DNA of 64,000 nucleotides, from the NCBI GenBank assembly GCA_964016885.1, contig OZ024740.1, forward strand, positions 173,290,001-173,354,000. The letters run 5' to 3'. The position numbers and the translations under genes were made by a program. The notes below the pieces were generated by a model. It ran no database searches and was not told the origin of the DNA. It saw nothing but the letters and a program-made list of their open reading frames with translations. This document shows positions 56,541 to 64,000 of this stretch, in pieces (positions within the stretch are counted from its first letter, which is position 1; each line of letters starts with the position of its first letter). This stretch comes from Eledone cirrhosa. Taxonomy: Eukaryota.

Positions 56541-57718
56541 TAAGATGGTCATATGGTTTATCATGACTAATACCACAACAAACATCAGAGCATGATAAAA
56601 ATAATGATATCTATTATGTACGTAATTACTACTTAATGTATCAATTTTCTCTTATCGTGATATCATATATAAATATTGAAATAGAGGTGCAGAAGCTAAA
56701 ATGTTCGTATATGTAAATATACGAAGGTATGGATGGCAGAGTAGCCACAAATTCTGCTTCGCAATCACGAGGTTACAGATTCGATCTCACAAAATGGCAT
56801 CTCTGGCTAATGTATGTTACCGCGGCATTAGAACTGATCCAAACCTTGTGAATGACATGACTACATGGAAACTGTTTAGAAACACGACATCCCAACTGAA
56901 CTTATAATTCAAAGGGTCCTACGTCGTCACATATTGAGTCACGATGATTTTACCTGAGAATTACGCTAGAGGCGTGCTTGTCTGAGTGCTCAACTATTTA
57001 TGCTATATTTCAATGAGTACTGAACCAGTGAAACAGCTTGTGCTGCCAGTAGATCGATGAGCGGCTTAGATCAACACCATCTGCATAAATATATTTGCTA
57101 TTATTGTTGCTTAACAATAAGGCAGAGCTAATGGAGAATGTCTCGATATTCCAACCGTGACCCTCCCGTCGTTTTCCTGTGTGCAGGGAATCCCAGACCA
57201 CATCATTAAACGTGTCATTTTGCCTTCCATCCTTTCGAGGTCGATAAAAAAAGTAGCAGTCCAGTACTGGGGTTGATTCTTCCTTTATCTCTCTAGGAGA
57301 AATCGTCTGTTCTTAAACAAAGAGAAAAGAAAGACTCCCCCATGTTCAAAATGCCTAAAACACGCTGTATCTACAGCGCCTCTTCAACACCTTCTGGAGT
57401 TAGGGTCCACACATACATATATACATGATAAAATAAAAAACGAGAAGTAAATTGAGCTGAGTGAACAACTGATGTTCAGGCATTGCCAACACTGACGGAG
57501 AAACTATTTATGTACTTATCTGCGAATATTTCGAGGGACGAGAGGAGAGAGAGAGACTGAAAGAGGGAGTCAAAATGTGCGCATGTGAATGTATTTCCTG
57601 TTCTTGACCTAAGGTGAGACTGAATTTATTACACCCCTTTCATTAAACAACTCTAGAGGACATCTCAGCTAGATGTCATTTAGCTATTTTATTATATATA
57701 TATATACACACAAACTTA

Positions 57719-57800
<82 letters not shown>

Positions 57801-57879
57801 AACATCTACAAAAACACTGACGAGTAGATCCCAGTAAAGTAATCTAAAATAAGAACACTGCATGCAAATATAATGAAGA

Positions 57880-58360
57880 GATTCAACCGCCAATTTTTCT
57901 GACATAGACCATTGCATCTTGTGTACATTCATGCATGTAACATCGTTCTCCCGTGAAACTTTACGGCAGTAAGACTGGCTGCTCAATATTTCTTGAGTCA
58001 CCATCAGAATTGATGGCATCTCTAAGGTGGATATAGTTCTCTACCCTCAACTTATTTTGATTCCTTCGCAGGAAACCCGATCGTTCTGTTTCAATATTGG
58101 TATACATGTCTCCCATAAACTGGTTAGTTACTTTTGAATCACAGAACTTGGTTGAAGTGATCCCATACCATGAAATGATAAACATAGAATTCTTTGCAAC
58201 TGATTGATCAGCCAGTTTCTTGTCCTGTTCATGGGTTGATCTGCCATAGCTGAAAATGACATACATCTTGACCATTCCAGAAGATGAACGGATATTGGAA
58301 TGAGTCATAGGCCCTCCTCTCCAAGCTTCAAGTCCCTCACTAAGTTTAACTTGCAGAAGC
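57880..58360 (-). mobile_element. Helitron Rep-region fragment
   Basis: QFMGDMYTNIETERSGFLRRNQNKLRVENYIHLRDAI..VLLP.SFTG..YMH, typical of the region upstream of the Helitron Rep motifs. Confidence 0.8.
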
Positions 58361-58374
58361 AGTTTCCTGGGTGT

Positions 58375-58538
58375 GGCCAGAAATTACCCAGTACATTACT
58401 GGTACTTTATTTTATCGACCCCGTAAGGATGAAAGGCAAAGTTAACCTCGGCGGGATTTGAACTCAGAATGGCAAGTGCCGTAACTCTATGCGTCAAAGC
58501 ATGGCGTCCGACCCTCTACCGATACTGCCAATTCACCA
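58375..58538 (-). mobile_element. tRNA-derived SINE (major family)
   Basis: Consensus match on the minus strand. Confidence 0.9.
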
Positions 58539-58596
58539 TATATATAATGTATATAAATATATAGATCAATTTATACATATATATATATGTATAAAT

Positions 58597-58635
<39 letters not shown>

Positions 58636-59259
58636 CTTATACATATATACATAAATATATATATATGTATATATGTATATGTGTGTGTGTGTATGTATGT
58701 ATATGCGTATAAGTATGTAAACAAACTATATATATATTGGAAAATGTGTGAGATCCTTGGTACAGTTAGGTGTATTTGAAAAAAAGGAAAAGAATGACTT
58801 CCCTTGTAGTGTTAAAAAATGTTGGGATTTCATTTTATAATATTGTAATATTATGAGTTATATATATATATAAATTAATAAAATAATGAATAAACAAAGA
58901 AACAGTTCCTTATATTAAAAAAAATCATCATTTTACGATCGTTTCTAGGATATATATGTTAGTGTTGGTATGCATATCCTATAGATCTATGTAAAAATTT
59001 TACAAACTATCATATATATATATATATATATATTTGTAGGATGAGTATTTAAACTTTATTTTATTCTGAGTTAAGGCTCTATTGATTTTTCCCTGGATTT
59101 CACAAAATTCTGTGGATAAATCTATGTCTTGATTTTTTTTTAATTGAGTTTGAATTATTTTCCCACACCTTACGTTAACTATTTTTCCATTTTGACGTTA
59201 TAGTCATTTATATTATGAAATACTGTTGGCTTCACGCTCACAATAATTTCTATACTTTC

Positions 59260-59333
<74 letters not shown>

Positions 59334-62054
59334 ACTGCTAGCTGTAATATTCTATCATATCCATTTATTTCTTCCTGTTACAGAGGAGATGGGGAATAGT
59401 CTTAACAATTTTACTGTTTGTCATCTCAATGGTATGTTTGATAAACCACACTTGTTTTCTTCCGAAAGCTTCTAATCTTTTCACAAGCGTCTTTTTTTTT
59501 ATCTTAGAGAACAATGCCCCCATTTCTTGCTGTCATGTATGATGCGCATTTTGTTTTTACACCCATAATGTATGCTTCAAACATTATCTACCGACAAAAA
59601 CAAATTCACCCACATGTGTGTGAATAGGACAAGGACACTCAGTACGGCTAGCTCTGTGATTATATTTTTTAGTTGAAGCTATTTTATTTCACTTAGATTA
59701 GTAATGTCATTGAGAAGATTTCCCCGTTTGCTTTTTTATCCTTCCCAAAAAGTTCGTGCTTCCGTGCCTAGTATTGTAAGTTTGTGGGATGGAGGGCTTG
59801 AAAACAGATGGCGGACGTGAAACAGATGGTAGGTCGCTACTTTAGATATTCAACACAGTTTATCTAATTTTGTATTTCGTTGTTTAATGTTACGATCACC
59901 CTAGAGTTAGTATTTCACCATTCGACTCCCAGAGGCTGGTCATAGAAGTACCAGTAATATATTGCAGTAAGTACAGTGTATCAAATTAATTTAGAACGAA
60001 GAAATCAGATTATGCGACGTTCACGCCTTTCTAAAAGTTAGTAAAAATATAAGAATATTTATGAGCATGACCACGCATCAAAGCAGTATCACTGACTAGT
60101 TTGCTGACTTTTTAGTTAAAGTACAGTAAATCCTTGTTTAACGACCACCAACACTCACGCCTGGTGTATTTTTGTGTACACCTATTAATAGGTTATATAC
60201 TTTATTTATTTCTTAATGTAATTTTTTGTGTTTCATATTTTTGTATTTTCTTTATCCAGCTAATGTGGTGAAGGGTGAGGCTGGCAACCTTACCTCCATT
60301 AATCAAAATGCTACAAAAACGATGAATGTCGCCCAATGCTTCATAGGGAGCAAAAGGAACTAACGAAGGGTTCTATTTCAAATATTAGGTGTATGTAGTG
60401 GCATATTTGAGTCACAAGGATAATAATAATTATATGCCACTCTATTTGCTTCAACGAATAGAACCTATTTATAGCTAAGCTTACTGGTCTCATAAATGTT
60501 CTGATGCGATTAGCGGATGGAAGTAGATTATTTAGAGAAGAATAAGACACTTTTTTTCTTTTTTCTATAAGCCATTTTCTTTAATGATTTATTTATGATT
60601 ATTTTCTTGATATTCTCATATAAAAAAAAAATGTTTATTTCGCTACACGAATTTCCTTTCTTTTCTTTTCCGAAACCCAAGTATTATTTTAGCTAACGTA
60701 TGCTAGGTTATCCTCCGTATATTTCTGATTATAAACCAGTTTGCTAATTTCTTCGCCAAAATACAGCCCTCCTACGTCATTATATAAATCTAGGGTGAAT
60801 TTGTTTTAATCTATGAGTATTATTAGTCGGCATGCGACCTGCAACAATATTTTCCCCAGCAACTAGCTTAGGGAAATCAGTGTTGGATTCAGGCTTTTCT
60901 GCTCGACGGTCTAAAGATCGCAGGTACCGGGTGCTCTAAGGTATTTCCACTTTCGAGCCTATAGCGGATTTCCACACAATTTCCGTCTACCCAATTTAGG
61001 TCTAGCCAAGACTATGGTAAAGTCGCATAGCGGGAGTGAACCCGGGACATCATGATTGCGAAGTTTACTTGTTAACCACTCAGTTATGCTTCTGTCCACA
61101 GTACCTATTTACAGCTAACTTGAATGGGCCAGTGAGCGCTAAAAATTTCAATGTAGCTCTCCGGTGGAATTAAACTTGTAGGATTTTAAGCCATAATTGC
61201 TTTTTTTATTAGCTTATCCCAGATGGTAATTATACTGTCCTAGTTTATAAAAATGTCGTATTCTATTTCCCTGTACGAGTTCTTTTCTTCTCCGTCACCC
61301 AAGCATTATTTCAACTAATGTGTACCAGGTCATCCTTTGTATATGCATATTTTTTGTGAATAGTCAGCCCACTTTGGTTTTCTGTTCCAATAGTAAGTAG
61401 ATAATTTTACTTGACTTTTATTAATTTATGTGTGTTTTTCTTCCCTTTTCTCTAAGACATATACAATAAGAAGGAGTATGACCTAGTTTCAAGCATTATA
61501 AATGTTGCCGTCTGGCAGATGCCAGCATGCTTGTGATTAAAAGAAAATTAAAGTTTTATTATAGCTAATCAAACCGGTGTCTATAAATAAAAAAAACTTC
61601 CTTATTATTAACATATGCCATATTGATAGTGTTCTATGACTATGAATTCACTCGTAATATTCTTTTGTGGGCGAACGTGACACACTGGAGAATAAAAAAA
61701 GTAGAGTCAAATAGAAAAGATGCTGAATATACCAACCATGATCCATGAGTTCGCAACTCGCAACTATGCAGGTTCTGAATTATTACTTCTTTTTTACCTC
61801 TTTTAAATTGTTATGCAATAAAAAGAAATAAAGAAAACAAAATTGGTAGTAGTAACTATTTAAATTATTACTAATAATTTGATAAGGTGGAGAATGTATA
61901 AAACATAATAATAGTTTGTTTTACATGTCATATTTTATAACTGTTGTGTAACATATACATATACACCAGGTCGTCCTAGAACAAAGGAACCAAACTCCCA
62001 CTGTCACTACCTCCGTCTCTCCCGTGAGAGTTGAGGATCTCTCACTATTATGAG

Positions 62055-62205
62055 CAAATGGGGGCCCACGTGCTGGCTTCCCCGTGGCCCCAGTGGACAG
62101 AATAGAGAAGGCGTTTCCCCGATATTTGGAGAGTTTACCCTCCTCGGCCCGAAGTGCAGCAGACCCTTGGTTAGTCGCAGACTGCACCAGATTGCCGCAG
62201 GAGGT
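62055..62205 (-). mobile_element. CRE-type LINE fragment (internally deleted)
   Basis: NLVQSATNQGSAALRAEEGKLSKY fused to RGNAFSIL; homologous to 4070-4360. Confidence 0.7.
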
Positions 62206-62561
62206 TAGTTCATAATAAAACAGTGAACACTCCGAATGGAAAATATTCAGTGCGAAGTGTATCAGATAATTGAAAAAATAGTAGTTCGGCACTTAATGCC
62301 TCCATTTTATATATAAATAGACATATAACGGCGGTGGATTAGCAGAATTGTTACTACGTCGGATGAAATGCAGTATTTCTTTACGGTCCTCTCTTTTCAG
62401 TGCACTAATCCTGCTGGAGTTAACTTTACCTCTCATCCTTCTCGGGTCAATAAAATAAAGTACCAGTCAAGTACTGGAGCGAGTTTAGTGATGTAATCAT
62501 ACGTTGAGTATTATTAAGTTAGACTTGGCCAGGGCCAATATTGGCCGAAGAGCTTATCAAA

Positions 62562-62636
<75 letters not shown>

Positions 62637-62639
<3 letters not shown>

Positions 62640-63416
62640 CGTTTCTGAATTTGTTTAGCAAGATTCTTTATCTGAAATCGTGTGTTGAAACCGATATTGT
62701 TATACTTTGGGAGGGTCATGTTGCCAATAAGAAACACACGCACCAGTTGCTTTCACTTCAATTTATTATAATAAATTTATAAATTTAGGAATTTATAAAC
62801 CTTCAAGATAGTAAAGAATCATCTATACTCTACCAACATGCTAAAATAGAACATAAGGGTAAATTAGAGAACATAGAAATAAAAATAGAATCTACACACA
62901 GAAAAGACGCAATGTTTAGACAAATCACAGAGGCAATTAACATAAAAGAATTACAACCAAAATTAAATAGAAAATATGAGTGGAACAGCAACATCACAAC
63001 TTACAATTAAGGACAAAATGAAAACACACACACACATAGAACAAACAACCAACCGGTAACATGTAAATAAACAAATAAATAAACGAATATAAACACACAC
63101 AGACACCCGGATGTGGCGCATGCACAGACTGAGCACACAACACACACACAGAAACAAAATGGCGTAGGACAGAACAAAGGAGAGGCACAAAAACAAAGAA
63201 AAGAATCCCCAGTCACTGAAGAGGTCACAGAATGTGTGACGAAAGAACTTTGACAATATATAAACAACTATCTGGTTGTGGAACCAACCAACCAACCAGA
63301 AATTTATAAATTTATAAATTCCTAAATTTATAAATATATTATAATAAATTGAAGTGAAAGCAACTGGTGCGTGTGTTTCTTATTGGCAACATGACCCTCC
63401 CAAAGTATAACAATAT
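62637..63416 (+). mobile_element. Penelope-like element 3' end with inverted terminal arm
   Basis: GIY-YIG C-terminus SSILYQHAKIEH..AMFRQITEAINIKELQPKLNRKYEW (62800-62985); arms 62694-62799 and 63311-63416; tail 62637-62693; related to the 54-55 kb PLE. Confidence 0.85.
63212..63254 (+). ncRNA. Minimal hammerhead-like motif in the PLE 3' UTR
   Basis: GTCA CTGAAGA g gtcaca gaatg tgtgac GAAA GAACTT TGAC. Confidence 0.65.
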
Positions 63417-63433
63417 ATATATATATATATAAA

Positions 63434-63466
<33 letters not shown>

Positions 63467-63559
63467 ATATATATAATATATATATATAATATATATAATA
63501 TATATATATAATATATATAATATATATATATATGTATATATATAATATATATATATATG

Positions 63560-63610
<51 letters not shown>

Positions 63611-63614
63611 TATA

Positions 63615-63645
<31 letters not shown>

Positions 63646-63837
63646 ATATATATATGTATATATATATATATATAATATATATATGTATATATATATATAT
63701 AATATATATATATATGTATAAATATATATATAATATATATATGTATATATATAATATATATATGTATATATATATATAATATATATATGTATATATATAA
63801 TATATATAATATATATATGTATATATATATATATATA

Positions 63838-63872
<35 letters not shown>

Positions 63873-64000
63873 ATATATATATGTATATATATAATATATA
63901 TATGTATATATATATATAATATATATATGTATATATATAATATATATAATATATATATGTATATATATATATATATAATATATATATATATATATGTATA
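63417..64000. repeat. Long interrupted (TA)n tract with recurring TAA/TG interruptions
   Basis: Direct reading. Confidence 0.95.

Overview
AT-rich, microsatellite-saturated eukaryotic (animal) DNA. The SINE and microsatellite content suggests a cephalopod or other mollusc (inference). I found no intact host protein-coding gene, and almost all ORF-track entries are translations of (TA)n/(CA)n/(TACA)n tracts. The window is a graveyard of decayed transposons: R4/Dong-, CRE-, Tx1/L1-, RTE- and CR1-type LINEs, Penelope-like elements (PLEs), Helitrons, Tc1/mariner and hAT-type MITEs, about 25 copies of one tRNA-derived SINE, and a 5S-rRNA-derived sequence. The most interesting signal is a coherent set of PLE-related short insertions in (TA)n tracts. 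They share (i) a fixed 'tail + arm / inverted arm' geometry with variable turn-around points, (ii) an ACTC-N11-17-GAGT(A/G)C hairpin shared by six otherwise dissimilar families, lying 4-6 nt beyond the fixed end of the inverted arm in four of them, and (iii) minimal hammerhead ribozymes with palindromic stem III. These include a tandem ~530-nt retrozyme-like unit at 19.8-21.1 kb and a recurring U.U variant at the base of stem II. All calls come from reading the sequence by eye and coordinates of decayed elements are approximate.
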